From contig NW_003314261.1 of the NCBI RefSeq assembly GCF_000143415.4, forward strand, positions 1,440,117 to 1,504,116: DNA of 64,000 bases, written 5' to 3'. Under the pieces are notes generated by a model that made no database searches, was not told the DNA's origin, and was given only the letters and a program-made list of their open reading frames with translations. A program made the position numbers and the translations under genes. This document shows, one piece after another, positions 24,783 to 36,733 of this stretch. Origin of the DNA: Selaginella moellendorffii (Eukaryota > Plantae > Lycopodiophyta). Each line of letters opens with the position of its first letter. Position 1 is the stretch's first letter.

Positions 24783-26187
24783 TCAGCTTCCTCGGTAAGT
24801 CGTGAAGCTGAAGGGCGACAGCAGCAAAGGGACGTGAAAGTGCTGGAACTCCTGTGGCGGCTTGATGTCAAAGATGATGCAAACGTAAGGATAGAATGGC
24901 CCAGCGCCGGCGCTGCTCGCCGTGGAGGAGAGATACTTGCCAGTGTTGAAAGTCAGCCTGTAAACTCCAGCGGCGACTCGCTCCGAGGCTTGCATTAGAG
25001 GACCCGAGCGCCCATCCTGGTTTGTCACCGATGTTCCCAGCGGCATCCAAGACGTGTCCTCGAGACGCTCCAGCGAGATTTCCAAGCCGGCAGCTGGTCT
25101 TCCCAGCGAAACGTCCAAGACGTGCGTTGTGATTGGGGGGCGGAGAGATGGTTGCGGCTGCTGACCAGAGACGTGAGCTTCGATCTTGCTGAGCCGTCCG
25201 TCAGCTTTTGCGTCACCTATAGGAACAGGCACGGCGAGTTTAGTTAAGAGAATGTGGTACGACACTCGAAGCGAAACGAAGAAACAAAAATCTATGTTAC
25301 CAGTCCGAAAAGTACCAGATTCTTCGCGGCTTAGAGGAGAGCCGAGAGGTTTTTCATGATCAAGTCTCTGCTCCGAAAGGCTCAACTTGGAAGTGTTCTC
25401 GTCACCGCCTAGAAACAAGAGGCAAATCTCTAGCTGGATCTGGTTCTCGAGAAAAGATAAAAGACTAGTACATTACCAGGAGCAGTGTTCTGTGAGACGA
25501 GCTTTGACAACCGTAGTTCTGTGATCTTTTGTTGTTCGTTTGCAGCAACTTGGAGCTCAACCAAGGGTCTATTTGTGATTCGTCCCTTGAGAAGTAAAAC
25601 AAAGCTCAAAGCAAAGATCAAGGAAAGAATAGCACACCTTGAGAAGCTGCAAAATTTCCGAGCTACTCTTTCCAGTTGCACAGACAAGGAACACGAAGCC
25701 AAATTTTGATTCGTAGAGCCGATTCCACTCGGCTAGATCCTAGAACGTCATATAAGTCCCTATCAAGCTAGCCAACAAAGGATACGAAGAAAAAAGATAG
25801 AAAAAGAAGAAAGATTCTCACTACCTTGAGTGCTCGATCATTTGCACTGCTCAGTGCTGTAGCTTGCTCCTCGGCACACCAGCTAAAAAAGATACAAATA
25901 AAAGGGATAAGAAAGAAATTTCACGCATTACTCTGTTGTGGACTTGCTGCTGAGCGCTCCAATCCTTGGATGAGCTCCAAAAGCTTCCAGCCATCCAGGA
26001 ACATCCACCTGCGCTGATAATCCTCAAGATCTCGCCCAAAGGATCGAGCACAGACCTGATTCCACCATATCTGCCGCGACATCTCGATCGCCTCGGCGAG
26101 ATTCTTGAAAGGCCCGACCTTGGCCATCTCCTTGGCGAATTTGGAGCTGCCGCAGCACGCGATCCAATCGCTCTCGGAGAAATGCAT
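24783..26187 (-). CDS. TTL: Transthyretin-like bifunctional OHCU decarboxylase / HIU hydrolase (S-allantoin synthase)
   Basis: ACCGSSKFAKEM N-terminus; PPITTHVLDVSLGRPAAGLEI; FYPYV..HFHVPLLLSPFSFTTYRGS C-terminal signature; internal PTS2-like RLSKIEAHV. Confidence 0.95.
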
Positions 26188-26358
26188 CGCGACAGCCTAG
26201 CCAAAATTTCGAGGGTTTAGGTTTTCACATATTTTGCTAGATACCAGAATGACACGTGTCGCGTCGGTATTGGCGCCAGCGGGTTAAAGGTTCTTCGTTT
26301 TTAAACTGTTTGGCTATAAACCCTAGGAGGGAAAAATCAGTGTGCGGAATCGCTAAAG
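26188..26358. promoter_or_regulatory. Compact bidirectional promoter (TTL / CCDC113-like) with palindromic G-box and telobox
   Basis: 171 bp between divergent ATGs; GACACGTGTC at 26251-26260; AAACCCTA at 26318-26325. Confidence 0.6.
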
Positions 26359-28006
26359 ATGGACAATCTCGAGGTGGAGGAGAGGATCAGGGAGCTGAAG
26401 GCGCTCCAGATGCGCCAGGATCTGGTCCGGGTAGAGAACACGATGCTCACGGAACACCTTGCGGTAAGTGATCTTGAGATTTGGGAGAAGTAAATGCCGA
26501 TTTCCTGCCCTACATCTCTTGCTCCAATGATCTTGTCTTGAGAATGCTTGGTTGCAAACGTGAAACGAGCTGCTTATCATCTATTCTATCTATGTAATGA
26601 TCTTGCGTTTGAGATTTGGATTTCCTGCCGAAAGTTCTTTCTCCAATGATCTTTTCTTGAGAATGCTTGCTTGCAAACGTATGAAGAGCTGCTTATCATC
26701 TATTCTCTCTTTTTTGTTTCTTCCTCGAGATTGATCATGTCTAACTTCAATGTGGTTTTTTGAGCAGCGTGTGGTGGTGTCTTGGAAAGGAAGCATGGAA
26801 CTCCACCTGGAGAAAGCCGCAGAGGAGCGTGAAAATAATGGATCGGACTCGACTTCACGGAGCAGCCTATCATCCAGAGGCTCCTCTCCGAGCTCCGCGA
26901 GAAGTACCGTGAGGTTTACCGCGGCGGCGGGGCCAGCAGTAGCACCCGAGGCGCCAGTACCGATGAGCATGGAGGAGAAGTGTGAGATTGCTGAAGAAGA
27001 ATGCCGGTTCCTGGAGCAACACCTTGACAAGATGCGCAGTGAGAATGAACGAGTTCTTGATGACTACCGGGCGATACTCAAGGAGGCAAAGATGGCCATC
27101 GCCGAAGTAAGGAAGGAAAAGTCCGACTTTTACAGAGATGTTCTGCTGCTGGCGCAACTCAATCCAGCTAACAAGTCGTATTCACAAGACATTCTCAGGT
27201 AAAATTTGGAATCTTTTCTAACTTTTCTCAGCGAGAACCACTCTAAAGATTGAATTGTTTGCTACAGTTTTATTGAAGAGAAGCTTCGAAAGCGGGTGGT
27301 GGTCAGGAACTCTATCAAAGCGAAGAACAGCAGCTTACAGGCAGAAATAACGGAGCTTGAAACTCAGTTTGCCTCTAAGAAGGACCTCAAGGACATTCTG
27401 CACGTTGTGGATTTCGACCAGATCAAGATTCTAAACCACGAGCTTAATAGTCGTACGAGGGAACGAGATAATGGAATACAAAGCCTCAAAAGTGTGATGA
27501 AGGGCTCTATGAAGGTATGTATGGATGTTGGAATAGTGTTCTTCCGCACTTGCTTCTGGTTCCCAGGCTATGAATGAAACTCAAAAGGAGCTAACAAATG
27601 CATATGATAGAGGAATTGAGCTCAAGAACTGCCTTCGGGATCGAGTGCCGGTTATAAAGTCTGCCAAGGACAACATTGTCACAGAAAAATCTCAAAGAGT
27701 ACGTATTTTGCGAGTCCTGTTCTTTCTAAAGCAACACCTTTCAGATGAAGCTCCACGAAGCTGTGTTAACCGCTATCCAAGACCAAGACGGGCCTGTTCA
27801 GCCAACCGCTATGGACTATATGCGGACACAAGACAAAGCTGGGAAGCTCTGGAAGGATATTAGGAGATGGGAAGTCAAAGTAAGCTTTTTCCATAACTTT
27901 CTCGCCTGTACACAACAAGTATTTGTGTTCCCAGGTGGAAGTCGCGACGCTTATGTCTCAGGAACTCGAGAAGAGCTTGGCGTTCATGCAGGGTGTCTCA
28001 GCTTAA
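26359..28006 (+). CDS. CCDC113: CCDC113/CFAP263-like ciliary coiled-coil protein (DUF4201)
   Basis: Coiled coil with LHVVDFDQIKILNHEL and MDYM..IRRWEVKVEVA motifs as in CCDC113; multi-exon. Confidence 0.75.
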
Positions 28007-28448
28007 AACTCAGGTTAGATTTCTTTTTTCCTTCTCGTTAGCAAAGATGTCAACATTGAAATCTGTTGGGTTTCACCCTCGCAGGTTCGAATCCTGCTGT
28101 TGACGATGGTAAAACAATTCCTCTTGTTACGTGACATCTTTCTTCTGTCAAAGTGGATGTTGCTGTACGAAATGATTCTGCCACTGACGTTTATATTCAA
28201 AGAAAGATATGTGACAGAGGACCGAGGATGATCTCAGCTGCCACTATGTGACAAGATTCCCGAGGTAAAGCTATATGCACCTTTGCTTTTCTTTCATTCT
28301 ATTCGACCTACAGGTAAATCATTGAAACAAGTGATGTTCTCCAAGACTTACTTTCTCTGGTGTGTGTTCCAGGAACATCTATACATTATCTTCACCCCAG
28401 GGGCCGCAAGAAAGCTCGAGGCACTCGCTCAGGCCGCTCTGGAAAAGA

Positions 28449-28932
28449 ATGAGCAGCAAAGGACGACTCCCAGCGATCGTTGCCGCCGCCATGTCGCTGA
28501 CAGTGCTCGTAAGTTTCCAGAAACCACAGGCCTCGCTCGTGTTCGTTGCCGGCCAGGTGATAACCAGATGCAATCCATCGCTGGGAAGCTCCGACTGCTC
28601 CACGGACACTTGCTGCGGCCAGAATGGCTACTGCACAGGCTCGAATTGCTGCACGACTCGGAAGTGTCTCGAGTACTACGCTCCTCCAGGCTACTATGAC
28701 CGCGACTCTCACGACCACGATCACGATCAAAGCTTGTCGGGCAAGAAGAGCTTCGGATGGTGGGTTCAAGCGGCTGCTGGGCTCACCGGCTTGATCCTCA
28801 TCGTTATACTCATCTGCTGGTTCCTCTCGGTAAGCAAAGAGGCGGATTTTCTAGAAAAAAAAAAGAAAAATCTCTCTTTTCTTAATCTTCGTCATCTTTG
28901 TGTTCTTCCAGAAATGCCTATCAAAGTTCTGA
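28449..28932 (+). CDS. Small type I membrane protein with hevein-like Cys-rich ectodomain
   Basis: Signal peptide; CNPSLGSSDCSTDTCCGQNGYCTGSNCCTTRKC; His/Asp spacer; TM AAAGLTGLILIVILICWFL; introns at ~28509-28556 and 28830-28911. Confidence 0.6.
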
Positions 28933-29430
28933 TCATGATCACCCAAGTACTACCTTTTAACATTGTAAAAAACAAAACGATGAAGAACGTAGAAGAGAGA
29001 AAAATATTTCCCAAGTGATGTTTCTTGTGTAATAATTGCTACAGTTACTTTGCCGCCCCGTGATCCTCGTTTTCGTAGAAAAAAGATCTGCTCGAGAAAC
29101 GCGGTGTGTAAGAATGGCGCACGTGGCAGTGGGCTATTGGGTGGACAGTTACACGCCACAGCCGTTGGATCCAACTGGAGAGCTCTATTTGTTCGCGGCC
29201 CATCATGGGCTTCTGTCCCCGACAGTACCTTTAGGGCTCTTCGATTCGATTGCGTTGGGGGGAGAGAGAGGGCTGTGCTACCGCCGGGGCTGTGGCGTGG
29301 ATCCATCGATCAATCATTCGCTAGCAGCAGCAGTAGCGGTAGCAAGCCCACATTCTTTCCAAATTCGATCTTTTTCTGGGCGGCGCCCGGATTGTTTCGC
29401 GCAGGAGGGGATTTCTAGGGCTCTAGCGCC

Positions 29431-30546
29431 ATGGAGTGTGATGCCAAGCTCCTGGATCGAGTCCCCACCGGAAAGCCCCCTTTCTCGCTGGGCGACATCA
29501 AAAAGGCCGTGCCCAAGCACTGCTTCCAGCGATCGCTGCTGCGATCCTCGGCGTACCTCCTGGCGGACCTCCTGGGCGTCGCGATCCTCTTCTACCTCAC
29601 CAGGTTCGTGGAGATCGTAGCGCCGCCGGGGATCTTCCAGTGGATGCTCTGGGGGGCTTACTGGATCGCGCAGGGCTGCGTGGCTACCGGATTGTGGGTC
29701 ATCGCCCACGAATGCGGCCACCGCGCATTCAGCGACTACGCGGCCGTGGACAACGCGGTGGGATTCGTGATCCACTCGTGCTTGCTCGTCCCATTCTTCT
29801 CGTGGAAGTACAGCCACGCCCGCCACCACGCAAACAATGGCAGCATCCATCGCGACGAGGTGTTCGTCCCCAAGGAGAAGGATGGCCTCAGCGCATTGAC
29901 GCCATTCCTCCAGCACACTCCCGGCCGGATCTTCTCCATCATCTTCATGCTCACGCTCGGCTGGCCGAGCTATCTCCTCCTCAACGTCTCGGGCCGGAAG
30001 TACCCGCGCTTGGCCAGCCACTTCGATCCAAACTCCCCGATCTTCAACCGGCGGGAGAAGCTCCAGATCGTGGCCAGCGATCTGGGCTTGCTGGCGGTGT
30101 CCGCGGGGCTGATCTACCTGGGCTGGAGCGCGGGATTCGTGTGGCTGCTCAAGGTCTATGGCGTCCCTCTCATGATCGTCAATGCATGGCTCGTGACGAT
30201 CACGTACCTCCAGCACACTCACGTCGCGCTCCCGCACTACGCGGACTCGGAGTGGGATTGGATTCGCGGCGCGCTCGTCACGGTGGACAGGGATTATGGG
30301 ATTCTCAACACGATCTTCCACCACATCACCGACACTCACGTCGTCCACCATTTCTTCTCGAGCATGCCGCACTATCACGCCCAGGAGGCCACCGCGGCTG
30401 TGAGATCGGTGCTTGGGCGCTACTACTTGTGCGATAAAACTCCAGTCCTGGTTGCGATCTGGAGGGAGTACAAGGATTGCGTGTTCGTGGAGCCGGATGC
30501 CGCTGGAGAGGGGATCATGTGGTACAAGAACAGCTTGAGCTCTTGA
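29431..30546 (+). CDS. FAD2: Microsomal omega-6 (delta-12) fatty acid desaturase
   Basis: His boxes HECGH, HARHH, HVVHH; KPPFSLGDIKKAVPKHCF; C-terminal WYKN. Confidence 0.96.
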   Translation: MECDAKLLDRVPTGKPPFSLGDIKKAVPKHCFQRSLLRSSAYLLADLLGVAILFYLTRFVEIVAPPGIFQWMLWGAYWIAQGCVATGLWVIAHECGHRAFSDYAAVDNAVGFVIHSCLLVPFFSWKYSHARHHANNGSIHRDEVFVPKEKDGLSALTPFLQHTPGRIFSIIFMLTLGWPSYLLLNVSGRKYPRLASHFDPNSPIFNRREKLQIVASDLGLLAVSAGLIYLGWSAGFVWLLKVYGVPLMIVNAWLVTITYLQHTHVALPHYADSEWDWIRGALVTVDRDYGILNTIFHHITDTHVVHHFFSSMPHYHAQEATAAVRSVLGRYYLCDKTPVLVAIWREYKDCVFVEPDAAGEGIMWYKNSLSS

Positions 30547-30766
30547 AGAAGAGCCCATCATCTATGATTATCTACAGGCTTAAGTGATCGATTACTCAAG
30601 AAGGATCGATCATTGAAAGAAATCCTTAAAAGAATCCAATTGTCTTTTGGATCTATTCGGAAAATCTTGGTCCTAGAAAGATCTTGTTAAGCTGAAAATC
30701 TTGATCCTGAGATTTTGTTCCGAGTATTTCAATCACAGGTGAGATGATTGATAGAGCTTCTTCTTC

Positions 30767-33103
30767 ATGTCCTCTTGTTTACAAGGAGTAGCAGAGCTCC
30801 AGCAGCGTTTAAAGCTCAAGGAAGTTGACAAGGCCAACATCCAAAGTGTCTACGCCAACCTTGTCAAAACTTGCATCGCCACCAAGAATTTGAAAGAGGG
30901 CAGGCTCTTGCACTCCTTGATTCTCAAAAGCCAGCTCAAGGACGATGCCTTTCTCGACAATCTGCTCATGGACATGTACGGGAAATGCGGCAGCCCCGAG
31001 GAAGCGCGCACCATCTTCGACAAGATGGAGAACCCTAATGTGTATTCGTGGAATATCATCGTTACCGCATATGCCCAGGCAGGGCATCTTGACGACGCAC
31101 GCGCTTTGTTCGATAAGATGGAAGACAGAGATGTGGTGTCGTGGAATGGAATCATTGCGGCCTACTCCCGGCAAGGTCGCGTGCGAGACGCCAATGAGCT
31201 CTTTCAGAAGATGCCGGCAAGGAACACAGTGACTTACACGACAATGCTGTTGGGATATACCGAGCATGGGGATCTTGCCAGCGCAATGACGCTGTTTCGC
31301 GAGATGCCTTTCCAAAACGCTGTGTCGTGGAACACTATGATCGCGGCGTATGTCCGCCGTAGCGATGTGGCCTCGGCAAAGAAAATGTTTGAAACGATGC
31401 CAGCGTGGGACGTCATCACCATGAGCGCTATGATCGCGGCATATGCCCAGGCAGGGAATCTGGAGGAATCTGAGAAGCTCTTTGCGGAGATGCCGGAGAG
31501 GACCATCGTGTCCTGGAACTCGATGATCACGGTCTACGCTCAAAAGGGCCTACTGCAAAAAGCAAAGAGAGTGTTTGACTCCATGCCCGACAAAGATGTC
31601 GCCTCGTGGAACGCAATCATCAATGCGTATGCCGCGAGCGGGCATTTGGAAGAGGCCAGCCGCGAGTTCCGCCACATGCCACGACGCGACCTCTGGTCGT
31701 GGAATATTATGGTCCGCGCGTGTTCCCTAGACGGAGACCTGGAGACCGTCAAGTCAATGTTTGACCGGATGCCGCAGCGGAACGTGGTCACGTGGACCGG
31801 GATGCTGTCGGCATATGCTCAGAATGGGCATCTGGCGGAAGCTCGCGCCATCTTCGACTCCATGCCCGACCGAGATCCGGTTGCTCACAATGCGATGATT
31901 CAGGCCTACGTGGCAGGCGGGCGTTTGGAAGAGGCGGAGCTCCTGTTTGAGCAGCTGGAACACAGGGACGTGGTGGTCTGGAACACAATGCTGGCGGCTT
32001 ACACGCCGGCCAGCATTGACCGCGCCAAGAAGCTGTTTGACGCGATGCCTGTGTGGAGTGTTGTTTCCTGGACGACGATGATTGCCGGGTACGCGCAGGC
32101 CGGTCAGCTCCAGACCGCCAAGTCAATGTTTGACTCTGTGCTGGAGAGAAACCTGGTGTCGTGGAACGCGATGATCCAGGCTTATTGCGACAGCGGGAAT
32201 GTTCCACAGGCCAAGGCCATGTTTGATGCCATGCCCGTGAGGGACATGTTCTCGTGGAGTATTATGCTGTCGGGATTTGCCACGAATGGGGAGTTTGATG
32301 GAGTGGAGCGAGTCTTTAACTCCATGCCTGAAAAAAACATAGTGTCATGGACGGCGATGGTGTGGGCGATTGCGCAAAACAAGGGAGTGGAGGAAGCAAA
32401 GGTTTTGTTCGACAAGATGCCCGACTATAGTGTCGTGGCACTCAATGCAATGGTGGCGGCATATGCCCAAAATGGGTATATCCAGGATGCCAAGCGAATG
32501 TTCTATGCCATGCCCGCGCAGGATGTAGCGTCTTCCAATTGCCTCGTTGCAGGGCTCTCGCAAGATGGGGATATTGATGGAGCTAAAAGGCTGTTTGATC
32601 GCATCCCCAAGCACGACCTCGTTTCATGGAGCACAATGGTTGGAACATTTTGCAACTATGGCTACAGTAGCGAGTGTCTGGATCTCTTCCGAGCCCTTGA
32701 AGCTGAGGGCATCGAGCCTGACGAGATCATATTCGTGTCCACCATCAAGGCTTGCAGCTTCAAAGGTATGGTTGAAGAGGGCTGGAAGTTTTTCCGCTTG
32801 TTAACCATGGATCATAAGCTCAAGACGATCAAGGAGCATTACACTGCAATGGTGGATGTTTTGGGACGAGCGGGACGGTTTCAAAGGGCCATTGACCTTA
32901 TAAATTGCATGCCTTTTGTTCCTGATGTTGGAGAGTGGGGCTCTCTGCTTGGAGCGTGTGTGATCCACCGTAACATTGAGCTGGGACAATATGCGGCTGA
33001 GCGTGTCTTTGATCTGGAGCCTGGAAACTCAGCTACTTATGTGCTGCTTGCAAATCTCTATGAGGGAAAAGAAGCTCTGGCTGGTAAGGCATGCCAGAGA
33101 TGA
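30767..33103 (+). CDS. PLS-class pentatricopeptide repeat protein ending in an E motif (no DYW)
   Basis: About twenty 31-aa repeats (RDVVSWNxMIxAYxQxGxLxxAxxxFDxMP) followed by HYTAMVDVLGRAG..WGSLLGAC..LEPGNSATYVLLANLY. Confidence 0.93.
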   Translation: MSSCLQGVAELQQRLKLKEVDKANIQSVYANLVKTCIATKNLKEGRLLHSLILKSQLKDDAFLDNLLMDMYGKCGSPEEARTIFDKMENPNVYSWNIIVTAYAQAGHLDDARALFDKMEDRDVVSWNGIIAAYSRQGRVRDANELFQKMPARNTVTYTTMLLGYTEHGDLASAMTLFREMPFQNAVSWNTMIAAYVRRSDVASAKKMFETMPAWDVITMSAMIAAYAQAGNLEESEKLFAEMPERTIVSWNSMITVYAQKGLLQKAKRVFDSMPDKDVASWNAIINAYAASGHLEEASREFRHMPRRDLWSWNIMVRACSLDGDLETVKSMFDRMPQRNVVTWTGMLSAYAQNGHLAEARAIFDSMPDRDPVAHNAMIQAYVAGGRLEEAELLFEQLEHRDVVVWNTMLAAYTPASIDRAKKLFDAMPVWSVVSWTTMIAGYAQAGQLQTAKSMFDSVLERNLVSWNAMIQAYCDSGNVPQAKAMFDAMPVRDMFSWSIMLSGFATNGEFDGVERVFNSMPEKNIVSWTAMVWAIAQNKGVEEAKVLFDKMPDYSVVALNAMVAAYAQNGYIQDAKRMFYAMPAQDVASSNCLVAGLSQDGDIDGAKRLFDRIPKHDLVSWSTMVGTFCNYGYSSECLDLFRALEAEGIEPDEIIFVSTIKACSFKGMVEEGWKFFRLLTMDHKLKTIKEHYTAMVDVLGRAGRFQRAIDLINCMPFVPDVGEWGSLLGACVIHRNIELGQYAAERVFDLEPGNSATYVLLANLYEGKEALAGKACQR

Positions 33104-33499
33104 CTATGAGGACATTATAAATTTCTTTGTTTCCTCTTGCTGACGACTTTTTATTCAGCATGGCTATTATTACATGTTTAAGAAAGTAGGAGACCTGGCC
33201 AATGTCCTTCATTTGGCATCACTGATTAACATCAGCTTTCAAAGTAGCAATGGCATAGGTCATTGTTATTGATATCACACATGATGTCTGATGTGATTCT
33301 TTATGCCAAAATTTGAAAGGTTTATTTCCTTTTTTTTAGAAGGTTTTTTTTTTCTTTTCATATGAAAAGGTAGAAATAAAATTTGTTTTTCAAATGAAAG
33401 ATAAAAGACAAAAAAAGCTTTCATTCTATTTAATTAAGTAATATATCACCACTTTTTTTATTTTTCATGTTCATTCACACATTAAATGCTTTATCCCAA

Positions 33500-34450
33500 G
33501 AAGTAAATGTAGATTATATGATCTTTTGTTTGAATATAAGAAGTCAAGATACCCACAATGCCTCGTTGTGTTATTAGGGATACAGGACGGACCTATAAAA
33601 GAGCTAAGTGAATGAAAAAAACAATAAATAGTATGCTACTGTCATATGGCGTGTTGTCAATGAGAGTTCCTCCAACTCCTCTTCACGAAAAGAATTCACC
33701 TGGAAAATTATGGAACCTTTCTTTGAATGTATTTAACTTTTTAGCTTCTAAACAAATATTTACATTTGATAACTAAGTAAATTTGGAAAATAAAAATGTC
33801 TTAAATGTATAAAGAATTGAAACTATATACCATTAGAATTTCTTTGATTTTCTTTTTTTTTTCCCCATAGATATTGTAAAGTTTATATGGATTTCCAATA
33901 CATTCAAAAGCTTGAAGAGCTATTGGAAAAAATTATATCTTCTTTTTGTTTGATTAGTGAGAAAGGACAACATACATGCAACTTTTATATGATCATCTAC
34001 ATATACTATTATGAAATAATTTTCCATATTATAGACTTAGTCTTCCAAAACCTAATAGTTTTACATACCTCTGAAATTAGGTGGTTTCAAGGGCTTGAGG
34101 CAATTATAAAACTTTATCATCCTTAAAGTTTGAAGAGGAGTTTGGTTTCTTAAGTTTAGCTAATTTTGTTGCATCAACTTTTTTCTTTTTCTTTTTGTTC
34201 TCCTTCAATTTACAAACTTCTTACAAATTCTCAATCTCAATATCTTGAGCTATACACTATAGCACTATAACCTTAAGCTTTTCCTCTTTTGATTTAACCT
34301 CAGCCTTTTCCTTAGCATTTTCAAAATGAGTTTCCTCCTTTTGATTTGCTTGTTTAGAGGTTTTAGCACCATGTACAATTTCTTTTTGCCATCTTATCAA
34401 TTACATATATACATTTATCAATAAGTGAATATGCATATAAGATTCTTATT
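33500..34450 (-). pseudogene. Decayed K/E-rich coiled-coil ORF of unknown origin (possibly TE-encoded)
   Basis: Minus frame reads KTSKQANQKEETHFENAKEKAEVKSKEEKLKVIVL*CIAQDIEIENL*EVCKLKENKKKKK; the TAG/TAA stops fit CAG/CAA deamination. Confidence 0.35.
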
Positions 34451-34599
34451 GGATGATGCAATCTAACTAATCCTACACATGTCACTTTGAATCTATTACA
34501 AAAGTCTTTACGTATGCAACTAGAGTTAAAAATTCCGACAAAAGTTGGATAGAAATCATTGAGATAATTTTGATACCAAATATAGTGCACTTGAATTTA

Positions 34600-36480
34600 A
34601 AGCCAAACTTTTAAGCCTATTGCCCTATAAAATAAAAGTTTGGTATGCACTTAATATCCTTTATGAGCACCAACTCCTTATATTTAGCATATGTATGCAA
34701 AACAATGTTAGACAAATGCAATTTTGGCATACCAATGGCTTAACATGAGGAGGAGGGTACCCACCAACTAGAGCAATATGAAGCTTAGGCTTAGACTTAA
34801 GTTAGACGTAAAACAAAGAGCGACACAGCCTAATAGGAGCTAAATTAATGTCTCAAATGGGCAACTATGTTTTCAACCACTATCTCTATTATACATTTGA
34901 AACTACCCATAACACCCACCTCCCCCTTTTGAGGAATGCATGCTTTGGGCTTTACCCCAATCTCAAAAGTTAATCTTTAGGGCAACCTTGACAATTTACT
35001 AAATATGGAATGGTGTAGGATCAAAACCATGAGATTTAATACACTTTCTACATTCCATAAATATGCCTCTTGAAAAAATTTAGACACTTACCATAGTATA
35101 TAGAACCAAAATAGGACCAACACATGAGCCATGATAACAAGGGTGTGTTATAGACATGGTAAATTATCATGTAGCAATATTAAAGGTCTAAACTCAATAT
35201 CATAAGGGTTCTTAATATTAGTAAGTGCAAACCAATGGTTTGAGTTTCTCAAACTGAGCTAAGTATGCTCAACAAGACATATATAGGATTTTCTACTTTA
35301 TGTTTATTTGATTTAAAAACACATATATTAATCAGTTTCTTAATTAACTTAAGTGAGAACTATAAAGAAAATAATAATGATATCTTACTATTGTGGCAAT
35401 AAAGAGAGAATGTCTGTAAGGATTGGTTGAAAAGTATAATTTGATACTTGAAATCACATTCACAACAAATATGCTCTATAATCTAGTGTTATATATTTGT
35501 CATCTCTTAGAAGTATATTCATTATTATTGGCTATGACAAGAATCAAATTGCAAACTTATATTTATCTGTTATGCCATTTGAGATTAGTATGTATGTATA
35601 CCCAAAATAGATTTATAGACTAGTTTAATTTCTAGACAATGAAAGTTATATCAAATTTAATGTTGGAGCAATCTCCACTTATAACCTCAACATATTATTC
35701 AACTAATAACAATTTGTTAATTTAGAGTAAAATGTTAGTATGCAAGCAAAACTGATGGCAATTCAACTTCCATAGCTTTTTTAAGTTATGCTCCAAATCA
35801 CTATGTAACCTAACTAATATTCCACTCTGACTTTTTGTATGGGCTTGAATAAAGTTTTTCTTATTAAGATGCCCCTTTCTTGTTTCTTCACCCTTTCTAA
35901 AAATAATGATTATGTTATTCAAGATTTTTAACATCAACATATTTAACAATATTGATCTAGAGTTACCACCATCAATAAATTGTAGTAATGATGCTAAGGC
36001 TCTAAATCTACATCTACCTATATATTAGAGTTTTTGATAGTCACCATTAATATTTCATGGGATAATGTAACCCTCAAGGAATATTTCCCACTTGGCTTTC
36101 ATGACAATGTAAAAAATCTCATGCTTTCTCATTTAAATCCAACATCTTCATGACTACCATTGATTTTACTATTCATTGTGACAATTGATTGCAAAAAAAG
36201 CAATTAAAATATCATCATTAAACTTTTGTTTTATAACCCCAATAACCATAATCTGTCTAATAACCCCAATTAGCATATGAACAAGGTGCAATTTTAATGG
36301 AGATTGGAGCTACATCTCAATAATGTCTTTCCAAGGCTGAATAAAAATATTAAATTGAAAACCACCTTTACATATATTATCGTGATGCAAACCACTTTTG
36401 AAAGCAATGTCCTCATCTTCATGCTCACCCTTAGGCTAATACAACAAATGCAACACTTGTGTTTCTAGAAAACAAAAAAT
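34600..36480. mobile_element. LTR-retroelement remnants (G-tract LTR-like copy; gag/protease-like debris)
   Basis: 34870-35470 matches 13121-14630 without the TRIM; minus-strand FIDGGNS protease-like motif near 35955-35980. Confidence 0.55.
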
Positions 36481-36733
36481 GTTTAGTCTAATTAAAAATT
36501 GTTTGACTATACCAAGTATATATACACCATGGATCTACAGAAATTTAACTCCATTATGATAATTTTAGAAGTATTAACTAAAATACTTCTTTAGTGATTG
36601 ACATCTGGAATGATTGTAATTTGGATTGTATATTGATTTTATTACTTTTTAATATATAAATTTATATACATGATTAAGAGAATTAATCAAAATCCCATTA
36701 TAATATAGTTTTGGAAGGGTCCGAGGAGTAAGA

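Noticed and set aside
26467-26710. ~120-bp duplication inside the first CCDC113 intron
   Set aside because: Ordinary local duplication; no snoRNA or miRNA features I can support
29314-30561. 415-aa antisense ORF over FAD2
   Set aside because: Shadow of a GC3-rich coding strand; no motifs
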